Position numbers and translations under genes: made by a program. A stretch of DNA of 64,000 nucleotides from Macrostomum lignano (lineage: Eukaryota). Under the pieces are notes generated by a model. That model did no database searches, was not told the origin of the DNA, and saw only the letters and a program-made list of their open reading frames with translations. The stretch's first letter is position 1; each line of letters opens with the position of its first letter. Shown one piece after another: positions 14,411 through 25,759 of this stretch. Location: contig NIVC01002691.1 in assembly GCA_002269645.1 (NCBI GenBank), positions 28,555 to 92,554 on the forward strand, in the 5' to 3' direction.

Positions 14411-15505
14411 GAGCCTCTTCATATCGCCGGTTCGAAAAACGGAACCGGTTCCGAACCATAAATGCGCAACCCCGGGAATCACCCGGCCGTTTCTATTGGC
14501 AACACACATGTAAGTCGCTATTGGCTGAGAGCAGTCACGTGACTACTATTCTGTCCAATATAGCGACACACGTGTGTGTTGCCAATAGAAACGGCCGAGT
14601 GAATCCCAAGGTTGCATCCAAGCATGCTCCGAACCGGTTTGACGCACATGAGCCTCTTCACGGCAATTGGTCTTAGAACCAGAATAAATTCGAGTTCTAG
14701 AACCAGAACCAGTGTGAAATGAGGAGCTTCGAACCCATTTTATGTTTGACAGTCTTTACAATTTAATTTTGTCGTTCTTTGACTTTGTTTCCTCTTGGAT
14801 ATGACAAAAAAGGAATAATTATATAACAACAATAAAAAATTGACGATTTCAAATATATTTAACTGTTAAAGTGTAAACATGACAACGGTTCGAGAAAATT
14901 TCTCGAACCATATTCCAGAACCAGAACCATGTTCGTTCCGGAACTGATTCTGTTTTTCGAACCATCGATATGAAGAGCATCGAACCGGTTCGGAACCGGT
15001 TCCGTTTTTCGAATCGGCCATATGAAGAGGCTCCTTCGATATGATATGAATGATATGATATGATATGATATGATATGATATGATATGATATGATATGATA
15101 CGATATGATATGATTCGATATGAAGAGCATCGAACCGGTTCGGAACCGGTTCCGTCCCTCGAATCGGCGATATGAAGAGGCTCCTTCATATCGATGGTTC
15201 GAAAAACAGAATCAGTTCCGGAACATGGTTCTGATTCTAGAATATGGTTCGAGAAATTTTCTCGAACCGTTGTCATGTTTACACTTTAACAGTTAAATAT
15301 ATTTGAAATCGTCAATTTTTTATTATTGTTATATAATTAGTCCTTTTTTGTCATATCCAAGAGGAAACAAAGTCAAAGAACGACAAAATTAAATTGTAAA
15401 GACTGTCAAACATAAAATGGGTTCGAAGCTCCTCATTTCACACTGGTTCTGGTTCTAGAACTCGAATTTATTCTGGTTCTAGAACCGATTGCCGTGAAGA
15501 GGCTC
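14411..15505. mobile_element. Composite non-autonomous foldback/MITE insertion with GAGCCTCTTCA termini and nested palindromes
   Basis: Starts GAGCCTCTTCA, ends TGAAGAGGCTC, flanked by duplicated TCA (or CTCAG). Internal foldback 14650-15505 has ~320-bp inverted arms; a second palindrome lies at 14466-14615; an (ATATG)n centre lies at ~15040-15115. Confidence 0.8.
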
Positions 15506-16012
15506 TCAGTCTAGGGGACAGGCCCAATCTGGCTCAGCCAATGAGAGAGCAGTAAGGAGAGAGGTCAAAGTCAGACACGAAACTTAGCCTATGGGGGCAG
15601 GCCAAATCTATCTCAGTCATCGAGAGAACAAACAGTAAGGAAAGAGAGAATTCAAAGTCAGAACACAAATCGGGCAAGAGGAAAGCTAAAACTGTTTATC
15701 GGCCAGGCTAGGGCCCGGGGCGCTACCCCTTTTCTCTCTTGCTCGCTGTACACACACAACTGGATTTGGGTGCAGCTTCAAACAGGATGAATTATGCCAA
15801 CTTAATTGGTCAGCTTTTAGAAAGCCAAAACTTTAAATATATTGTAAAATCTAATCGACTTCGAATTTTACGGTTTAATGTAAGACAAAAAACGCTCATT
15901 TTTTCTACTGAAAAAGAGTAGATAGAAACGCATTTTCTGCAAGTAACACATCCAACTATTCTGGTTTTATTCGATAAATATTAATAGTAATAATCGTCAT
16001 AATTTACACAGT

Positions 16013-19000
16013 TCAAGCCGTTGCCTCTTGATTTTGACCTTCTTTGTCATCCGACTCCGACTGCTGCTGAGACTGAAGCAGCAGCAGTTTGCTGGGATTA
16101 AAGTACAAATTCGAGGATCTGTACACCAGAGCCCAGATGTACGGTATAAAGAACTCGTCTGGCGATTCCTCTTCAACGTATTTGTACTTTGGTTCGGGGA
16201 ATTTTTTCAGCCTATCCCGACGAAAGCTGCGACTTCGTTCTTCGATGACTCGCATGACCCGGTGCTCGGAGAGCTGATTCTGATGCTCAGAGCTGCTCTC
16301 GCCCAGAGCCGAAGTGAAATGATGCATCACTGTGCCCAAGTTCTGCAGAATGTCTTGGAAAGCAGGATGAGTAGAGAATGGCTGATACAGCTCCCTCTGG
16401 TGCAGCTGGGTATACACCAGGTGGGGATTCTCCGCCAACCGGTGGGTCAAAGCGTTATTAACAATCTCAAGGATGCAGCGCATCAGATCCTCAACTGAGG
16501 CCCGGTCAGCCTCCAGCTCAGCCATATTGGCTGGCCTACTCCGCATCTCATCAACCAGTTTCTTTTGCTTCTTGGCCAGGTGAGCGAACAGGCCAAGTAG
16601 CTTCTGACAGGCGTACGGATGCAGGCCGGCAAAGTATGTAGACATGTTAGCCAGAGCTGCCAGGCAGTTGGTGTGCAGGTATTTATCGCGAGTCCGGCCA
16701 ACATTCAGCTGAACAGTGCGGCAAAGTACAATGGCTAGCAGGCTGCCCAGAGACACCAAGCCAAGATGACGCTCGGTGAACCAGCCCGACACGCTGGCTG
16801 GCTGCAGCTGGATCTCGTGAACTCTGGTGCAGAACTGCTGGCACTCGGTTAGCATTAGCAGTACGATTAGGGCCATGTACACCTGTCAGGCGGCCGGGGT
16901 TTTGTGATTAGGGTTAGTCCTACTGTTGGTCTGTCTGTCTCTGTGTTAGTTTCTGTCTTGTCTGGTTTTAGTGTCTGTCCTTATTGTCCGTGTTGTCTTG
17001 TCTTTGTGCCTGTTCTTAATGTCCGTGTTGTCTTGTCTTTGTGCCTGTTCTTAGTGTCCGTGTTGTCTTGTCTTTGTGCCTGTTCTTAGTGTCCGTGTTG
17101 TCTTGTCTTTGTGCCTGTTCTTAATGTCCGTGTTGTCTTGTCTTTGTGCCTGTTCTTAGTGTCCGTGTTGTCTTGTCTTTGTGCCTGTTCTTAGTGTCCG
17201 TGTTGTCTTGTCTTTGTGCCTGTTCTTAGTGTCCGTGTTGTCTTGTCTTTGTGCCTGTCCTTAATGTCCTTGTTGTCTTGTCTTTGTGCCTGTTCTTAGT
17301 GTCCGTGTTGTCTTGTCTTTGTGCCTGTCCTTAATGTCCTTGTTGTCTTGTCTTTGTGCCTGTCCTTAGTGTCCGTGTTGTCTTGTCTTTGTGCCTGTCC
17401 TTAATGTCCTTGTTGTCTTGTATTTGTGCCTGTCCTTAATGTCCTTGTTGTCTTGTCTTTGTGCCTGTCCTTAATGTCCTTGTTGTCTTGTCTTTGTGTC
17501 TGTTCTTAGTGTCCGTGTTGTCTTGTCTTTGTGCCTGTTCTTAGTGTCCGTGTTGTCTTGTTTTTGTGCCTGTCCTTAATGTCCTTGTTGTCTTGTCTTT
17601 GTGTCTGTTCTTAGTGTCCGTGTTGTCTTGTCTTTGCGCCTGTCCTTAATGTCCTTGTTGTCTTGTCTTTGTGTCTGTTCTTAGTGTCCGTGTTGTCTTG
17701 TCTTTGTGCCTGTTCTTAGTGTCCGTGTTGTCTTGTTTTTGTGCCTGTCCTTAATGTCCTTGTTGTCTTGTCTTTGTGTCTGTTCTTAGTGTCCGTGTTG
17801 TCTTGTCTTTGCGCCTGTCCTTAATGTCCTTGTTGTCTTGTCTTTGTGTCTGTTCTTAGTGTCCGTGTTGTCTTGTCTTTGTGCCTGTCCTTAATGTCCT
17901 TGTTGTCTTGTTTTTGTGTCTGTTCTTAGTGTCCGTGTTGTCTTGTCTTTGCGCCTGTCCTTAATGTCCTTGTTGTCTTGTTTTTGTGTCTGTTCTTAGT
18001 GTCCGTGTTGTCTTGTTTTTGTGTCTGTTCTTAGTGTCCGTGTTGTCTTGTTTTTGTGTCTGTTCTTAATGTCCGTGTTGTCTTGTCTTTGTGCCTGTTC
18101 TTAGTGTCCGTGTTGTCTTGTCTTTGCGCCTGTCCTTAATGTCCTTGTTGTCTTGTCTTTGTGTCTGTTCTTAGTGTCCGTGTTGTCTTGTCTTTGTGTC
18201 TGTTCTTAATGTCCGTGTTGTCTTGTCTTTGTGCCTGTTCTTAGTGTCCGTGTTGTCTTGTCTTTGCGCCTGTCCTTAATGTCCTTGTTGTCTTGTCTTT
18301 GTGTCTGTTCTTAGTGTCCGTGTTGTCTTGTCTTTGTGCCTGTCCTTAATGTCCTTGTTGTCTTGTTTTTGTGTCTGTTCTTAGTGTCCGTGTTGTCTTG
18401 TCTTTGTGTCCGTGTTGTCTTGTCTTTGTGCCTGTCCTTAGTGTCTGTGTCGTATAGTCTTAATGTCTGTTTGCCTGCCCTAGTGCTGTTTGTCTTGCCA
18501 TATTGTCTATTTTGTCTTTTATTCTTGCCTGTTTGTCCGTCTTTTTTTCCAGGTATCTCTCTGATTTGTCTTAGTGTCTCTTTTATTTAATTTTAGTGTC
18601 TTCGAGCCTTAGTGTTTGTCTGTCTGTCAATCCGTGTTCAACCGCCCACCCCCGCCTCTCACCTGATGCGAGCTCTTCTGAGCCTCAGAGTGCAGAGTTC
18701 GCAGTATGGGCAGCAGCAGGCCAGCGAGCTGGGAGTCGTCTCCGCCCTGCCTGCCAACGTAGCCCCTGAACTGCAGACCACCGGCCGAGTGCAGCAGCAG
18801 ATACAGCATCAACAGGGCTTCATCTCTAGGCAGCCTATCGCAGATGGCCTTCAACAATAGATTGAAATCTACTCGGAAACTAATCAGATTACTAGCGGCT
18901 GATGACAAATGCTCAACATTGCCCGGATCATTGGCATGGGCGCAGCTGAGCAGGGCCTCTCGATAAGGATTGCGGAACCGCCTGGCCCCGGCGCAGTGAT

Positions 19001-20006
19001 TTGCCAGCACCAGAGACAGCAGGCAGCTCTGGTCGGCCAGCAGGCCAGTGCGGAGCTGAGCTCGCTGCTCAGCAGCCGGGTTCGAGCCGTAGCCCAGAGT
19101 GACCATGGACCACAGGCCGGATGCCAGACTATTATACAGGCCGGCTGATCCACCAGCATTGACCAGCATTCTATCGGGAGCTGGCGGCCGCTGCACATAG
19201 TATTTCAACAGCACCTCCATCAGGCGGAAGGCGTGCATAGAGCAGCGGCCGGTGTACAGGATCTGGTAGAAGGTCAGCTTCTCAGCCGGCTCAGTTCGGT
19301 ACATCTGAACGCTGAGCAGCACTAGCAGGCTGCACACGCTTTCGTACACAACAGGAAATGTTGACTCGCGAACCGGGAGCACCACTAGCAAGTGTACAAG
19401 AGCTTCTATCAGCTCTTCAACCATGGTGGCGTCCGCCTCGGATGAGGAATTCGATTCGTCGCTTCCGTCGCTTTCGTCACCGCTGTTGTCGGCCTCTTCA
19501 AGGTCGCGCTTGCTGGTGGCAGCTGAGGCGTCGCCCTGACTCTGGCGCTGCTGATTGAGCAGCCTTCGCTGATGCAGCTGCTTGTCTGGACAGTGCTCAA
19601 TCTGACTCAGCAGCAACTCATCGCTCAATTGCTCAACCAGGTGTTTAATTATGCAACGCGAGATGAACAGAGCATTGTAGAGCTGCATCAGGAAAATGTC
19701 ACTTTGACGCCCATCAGCCAGTGGTTCGAGTACAAACTGTTGCAGATTGGAAACCATGGTAACTAATACTCTGAGCAGGCTATTGAGATTGCCAGATGAG
19801 ACATTATTAACAGTGAAAGTGGTTAGAAGGTTGGCCGTTTGTTCCTCGAGCAGTTTAGCATCTGTACTGGTGACTGGCGGTACAAAAGCATAGCTAAGCA
19901 GCTGGTTCCAATAGGGATCATTGCTGGAGATGGGCTGCTTGCCGCACAGTCGGATTAAGTACTCATTTGAGGACAGCTCTGCCAGTGAGCTACTGTTGGC
20001 ACCCAT
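16013..20006 (-). CDS. DYM: Dymeclin, ~737 aa, join(complement 18663..20006, 16013..16882)
   Basis: N-terminus MGANSSSLAELSSNEYLIRLCGKQPISSNDPYWNQLLSY (MG myristoylation-type start) and motifs SSHQ|VYMALIVLLMLTE, RDKYLHTNCLAALANMS and PKYKYVEEESPDEFFIPYIW match dymeclin as recalled. Phase-0 intron CAG|GTGAG (18662) to GACAG|GTG (16883). Confidence 0.95.
16975..18440. repeat. 35-bp minisatellite filling the dymeclin intron (GTGTCCGTGTTGTCTTGTCTTTGTGCCTGTTCTTA)
   Basis: Direct tandem periodicity, about 40 units. Confidence 0.95.
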
Positions 20007-21651
20007 TGTGGCTGCAATGTTTTAGTGGTAGCAAAATGTTACACTTTCATAATCTTGCTAAAGTCCCGATCAAATCCTTAGCTAAATGACTCAACTGATT
20101 TTCATGAAACTGGCACTATTCAATCAGAGTTTTTCTGAATTTTTTAGAAATTTTCAGAATTTTTTATTCTGATTGCATCATAACTGAATTGTGACTCAGA
20201 CTTAAATTGTATCACAGTATTGAAAATATATTCTTTGGGGAATGCTAAGATGTTAAGGCTCATGGAAAATATCTCACATCAAGGCTTGGGAGGAATTGTT
20301 ATAATGCATATGATTCTTAGGGAGAACTGATAAGATATCAAGAGCCCTATTTTAGCCAAGGTCTAAACTGCACCAGATGCCTCCTTTTCCCATGCTAAAC
20401 CATACCAACATGCCAGATTGCCAGACTATGCCTATACTGCTAGTGGATTATCTATACTAGGCTTAGATATTGTCCACAATAATGTAATGGTCATTGGCTG
20501 CAATAAGGATGCCACGGCTTTTGGGAAAGAATTACTAAGATGTCAAAGCTTATTAAGGGAATTGCTAAGAGGTGAAGGCTTGCTGGAGGAATTGCTAAAT
20601 ATCAAGGCTAGGGAGATCTACTAAGATATCAAAAGGCTTGGGAGGAATTGCAATGATGTCAAGGCAAATAAAATTCATATAATAATTTTTGTATCTTGCT
20701 TTTTGGCTACCCTAAAAGAGGGTACCAGATTGCTAATATTATAAAAAATATATAATGGTAATGAGCATATAGATATGCATTACATTTAGTATTATAAATA
20801 TTATAATATTAGTAATAGTTAAATAATAAGGCTATAAGTATTGTAATTAAAAATAGAGAAACATGTTTTAAATATATTGATACAATGGTAAATTCTAGTC
20901 TCTAGTGGTTCTTGTTATTGACCTTAACTAGATCAAACTTAATGTAAATTATTTTTTCCAATTTATACTTTGTATCCAGGGTTAGCCAATTCTAGCCGGT
21001 AGGCTATACTAGCCTACAAAGCCCCTCTATCTAGGGCTTAGCCTTTGGGTCCTTTGTAACTTCACAAAAGCAATCTGACCTACTCAATATTTGTTTCTTC
21101 TTAGCTTTTTTATTTTTCAATTTTTTCTTATTTCCATTTCTCTTTTCTCTCCTCAACTATTTCAACTCTACCTATTTCATCTTTTATCTTTTATTTTATC
21201 TTCTTTTTCCTTTATTCTGTTCTAGATATTGTCTTTTTTATTATTTTGTCCTTCTTTCTCCCTATTAGAATAAGTAGACAAAAGGTGTCTGACCATCTAT
21301 ATCTATATTAATATCAAGGCAGTAGTGTTGCAATATGGTGCAGTTCTTGGGTAAATGGCAAGAGTAACTATGACTGTCTTATTAAAGCTAGATGTCTCAT
21401 TATTGAATTAGTACTTTGTCTATTTTTGGTATAAAAGTTAACATGTTCTGTGTTACGTTGCATTTTTGAGCTATGATTCTAGACCCCATTTCATGTGTAC
21501 ATAGATTTTCTATACTTTTTCCAATAGGGTCTCTTTTCTTTTCTCTCTCTTCTCCTCTGGCCTTCAGCCAATGTCATGCACTAGCTACTAGTGACTAGCC
21601 ATAGTCCAGATCATAGCGGGTATATGCCGGAATGAAAATTCATGTTTTTTT

Positions 21652-21772
21652 CAATTTTATACTAATTTTATACTATACTAACATACTAACATATTTGTAT
21701 ACTAACAATTTTATACTAATTTTATACTATACTAACATACTAACATATTTGTATACTAACAATTTTATACTA
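21652..21772. repeat. ~54-bp AT-rich tandem duplication (about 2 copies)
   Basis: AATTTTATACTAATTTTATACTATACTAACATACTAACATATTTGTATACTAAC is repeated. Confidence 0.8.
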
Positions 21773-21997
21773 AAATTAAAAAAATATTATGCTGAGCCTA
21801 GAGTTGCTTATAGGCCAGTTTTTTAGAGAATATATTCTTTGTAATAAAAGAGTTTTACTAAACATCACAACAGCATTTTTTGCTAAAAACTGATATTATT
21901 TGTTTTAATTTTGTTTTTCTCATAAATTGCACTAATATTTTTATTTTAGTTTTTGATTATTTTTAAAAGAGCTCAAATGTGTATGCCAACTGTGGGT

Positions 21998-23205
21998 CTT
22001 AGTCATTTTGTCAACTGGCCATTTCATCAACTCAGTTTTTGCATTGGTCATTTCATCAACTAGCCAATGAAGCAGTCTCAAACCTCGGTCACTTTGTCAA
22101 CTGACCAACGGGGAGTTCCCCAACATTGGTCACTTTGACAACTGCCAATAAACTATCCCCCATGGCCACAAAACAACTAAAACTTGTAACTAAAACTAAA
22201 ACAACAGCTTGTAATATTGTATATATGCTCAGCTCACTCACTCACCTGAACAGGGTTTTAAATGTACATCTCTCCTATGTACAGCTGCTTATCAGTTTTA
22301 TTAGACTAAGAAAAATAAACTTAAAAGACAAACTTGCATTGCATTACACACTAATTTTTGGACTGACCAAGAGCCCAGAGGCTTAAAACTGGTAGCCTAT
22401 ATACTTGTACTAAATTTTAACACTCTTCTCTCTCTCAACCTTTCTCTCTTTCTCCCCCTTCTCTCTCTCTTTCACTTTCTCTATATCTCTCTCTCATATC
22501 AGGCATTTACTAGCATTGGCAGCATACAATTCCTCCAAAAGACCTTGTTCATCCCCCTCTGCTAGCTTGTGCATGATATGCTTCGAGAGCATTACTGGAT
22601 ATCAAGATTCGCTGTGGGGGATCAGCTTTGGTTGACTGCGCACAGCAGGGTAGAGGGGTGGGAAGGCGCACATTACAATCCACCAATTTTTACGACTCCA
22701 CAAGGGACTATTAGCAGTCCTCCCAATGCGTTTTGATAGTATGAATGCCCACCATGTATGTGAACACATGTACTATATGCAGATTGCATAAAACACAAAT
22801 GCTCAAGATTCATTGATGCCCGGACATATATAAGTATGAGTATGTAAGGGTGATGCATTTGAATCTAGAATATTCGCATCAGAATATTTAACCTATTGAA
22901 TACATCTATAATGGGCATGCAATTAACATTTATACTGTACACTGTAACAAAATTGCAAAGTTTGATCATTTCAAATAAAATTAGGTAATTATTAAAACAA
23001 ATTCATTGATATAACAACTATTGTAAACTATGCTGCTGTATGAACTATATATCATTGATACAATGATAATTTTGGTCATTTTGTCAACAAGCAAATGAGG
23101 AGGACCTAGGCACTGGTCACTTCGTCAACTACCAGTAAAGTTGCCTTGATACTTTGGTCACTTAGTCAACCGAGTTGACGAAATGCCACTTGATGAAATG
23201 ACCAT
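21998..23205. mobile_element. Possible decayed non-autonomous DNA transposon(s) with clustered GGTCA(C/T)TT(T/C)GTCAACT motifs
   Basis: Motif clusters at ~21998-22145 and ~23072-23205; the last two copies are inverted. No termini identified. Confidence 0.35.
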
Positions 23206-25759
23206 CAATTGCCAACTATGCGTATTTCATATTGAATCTAAAAATTCTATGCCAAATGTATGCCAACATTGTTAGCAAGAGCAAAAATATGCTGGAATTT
23301 TCTGGCATAAAGACCATCTTCCAGACTATGGGTAATTAGCATATATGCCTAACCTCAAAATTTCACTTGTCTAGTGCAACTTAGTTTTGTCCAGATTTGC
23401 AACTTATAAGTCCTTCTAATTGCAACTTAGTTCCTCTCAATCAAAACTTAATTCCCTTGATTGCAACTTAATTTTCATTTTTTATATGACTTTTCTAGCT
23501 TTTTTCTTTTTTTTCCTTTTCCTCTTTCTTTTCCTTTCTTTTTTTTCTCTCTCCTTTTTTCTTTTTCTCTTCCTCTCTTTTTTTCCATCAATTTTTGCAT
23601 TTTTTGCATTTTCAATTTTGCAATTTTGAAACTGCAAAATTGCCAGCAGCCATTTGCATTTTACCTGTCCACTTTAAATAGGTCAGATAGGTATTAGGCA
23701 TGTATGGTAATTAGGTTCTCTATCTAGTATCTGGCCACTAAGATAAAAATTTTGTAGAGCAGAGGCCTACCTCTGCTCTATATAGGCCTAGCCTCACATT
23801 ATTATCTACACACTTACATAAAGTTAGTTACTCAAGAAATGATAGTATAGTCCTATAAGCATTTGTTTTACATGTTAAATAGAACCATTGTGCTATTTAT
23901 ATTGTCACCATAGCAATAAATAGGCCTGGCAATTGGCCAACTGAAAAATTAAATAATAGACAGCTTGTTCTCTAAAATAGAGTTTTTTATAATGCATATA
24001 ACTTTGGCAATTGTTTTTTTACTCATTACTGACATGACACTAAACTGACAAAATATGATAGGTAATTGGCCTATTATTCTAGATGATTTTTTTAAACCAA
24101 AAGTTTAATTTTATTGGTGCTGGCAAAATTATAACTGAATAAGCACTGTCATTACATTACAATTCTTGATATGTTGTCGTGGTTGCATTTTCAACCTTAT
24201 GTGTATGGCTTGAGCGGGCTTGAGTTGAGAATTTAGTTTCAGTTTCAGATAATCAGATAAAAAGTAAACAGTAATCATTCCGACATTCGTATCTGAGAAA
24301 ATGTAAGTAGAAAAAAGAAAAAATTAAAAAAACAAATAACTTACTTTAATATACTACTTGCTATATAGTATACTGGATAGGCCTTTTAGATTGAGCCTTT
24401 TCGAATTCAGGGAATGTTTGCCGTAGATCGGATTGGATGCCTGCCTAACGCTAACGTTAACGTCGACTAAAGCTATGACCGGATTTTCAGTTAGTAGTAG
24501 TAGTAGTAAGTTGGCTCAGGCAAGAAGCCTGTTTGGCCAGTATATTTCTGTGTATTTAAGTTATTTTAGCATTAGTTGTTTAATTACGATTAAGTTCAAA
24601 AGGTTAAATTTGTTCAAAAGGTTAAATTTTTACACCAGTTACGATGCGAGTTACGATATTTGTAAAATTATTAAGGTATTTGAAAGAGCGTTTTTTGTAA
24701 AAAGATATAGTATTTTGCAAGCGCGCAATATTTCAAAGCGTGAAAAACGAACGAAAAATGAACAAAAATGTGACGTTGCCAGTTTAAGGTGGTCCCGAAA
24801 AGGGCCGTTGGACTGCTGTTTCTCTATAGTTTCAACCCTTCAGTTTCACCGTTTCAACTAAACTGTTCCATTTGTTTATTGCGACGTTTACTTGTAGTAG
24901 TGCCCAACGATTTTGTGGCAATTTCTAATTCACTGTATATTTTGCTATCCTCTCTCGCGACCGTATAAAATTGGCACGATCGATAATTTTAAGTTCTCTC
25001 GCCAGCCAATGAAATCACTCGTGCTCGCGCTACCCCCCTCTGCGCTCTTTTATTAAACCCCCCCCCCCCGCCTGGCGGCAGGCACTCCTCTCTCCCTGTC
25101 TGTCCTTGGCCTTGTGTGTGTTTTTGCGTTCCTGTCTGGCTGCCTCGAGCCTCCTTATTTCTCACCACGGCCCCTCTGCCTGGGCCAGCCTGCTCACACA
25201 CTTACTTGACTGTCTCACGCCACGACCGACGCCAACTCGCCACTACGTTTCACTGCCTTCACTGTGCTCATAGCCTCTGCTCTCGTCACATCGCCATTGT
25301 GTCATTCGCCTGCCACTTGACTTCATATCCAAATTATATTCAACCCATTGTTGCAGCCGCCAGTGCCCAGAAAGCTATAGTCTGTTTATTGCCAGTAACA
25401 ACCAAACTTAGTACTGATATTAACAATAAAGACAACTACGGCAGTTCCTGCCTTTATCGCCAAGTGCTCCGCTACACCATCCACTTCGCCTAAGTTGACT
25501 TCAACTTCAACTTATTTTGGGACTAAAACGGCCCTTTTAAGGGTCACGGTCAACATCAAATAACGTGACAAAAACGAACTTCGAAAGAAATTTACGTTAA
25601 ACGAATAGCGACAATTTAAATAGGTATTAGATAGGAAACTAATTAAATATTAATTAAATGCTAATTAAATAGGAAATTAAAAAGGCAGTAAATGAATAAA
25701 CAAAAGAAAAGCGGATTTATTACACTGCTGATATGTCTGTTTCAGTTTGCATAACTGTT

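Noticed and set aside
24796-25540. AAAAGGGCCGTT at ~24796 and its reverse complement at ~25527 as TIRs of an element
   Set aside because: Only ~12 bp match, with no TSD or further symmetry; the interior ORFs have no recognisable motifs.
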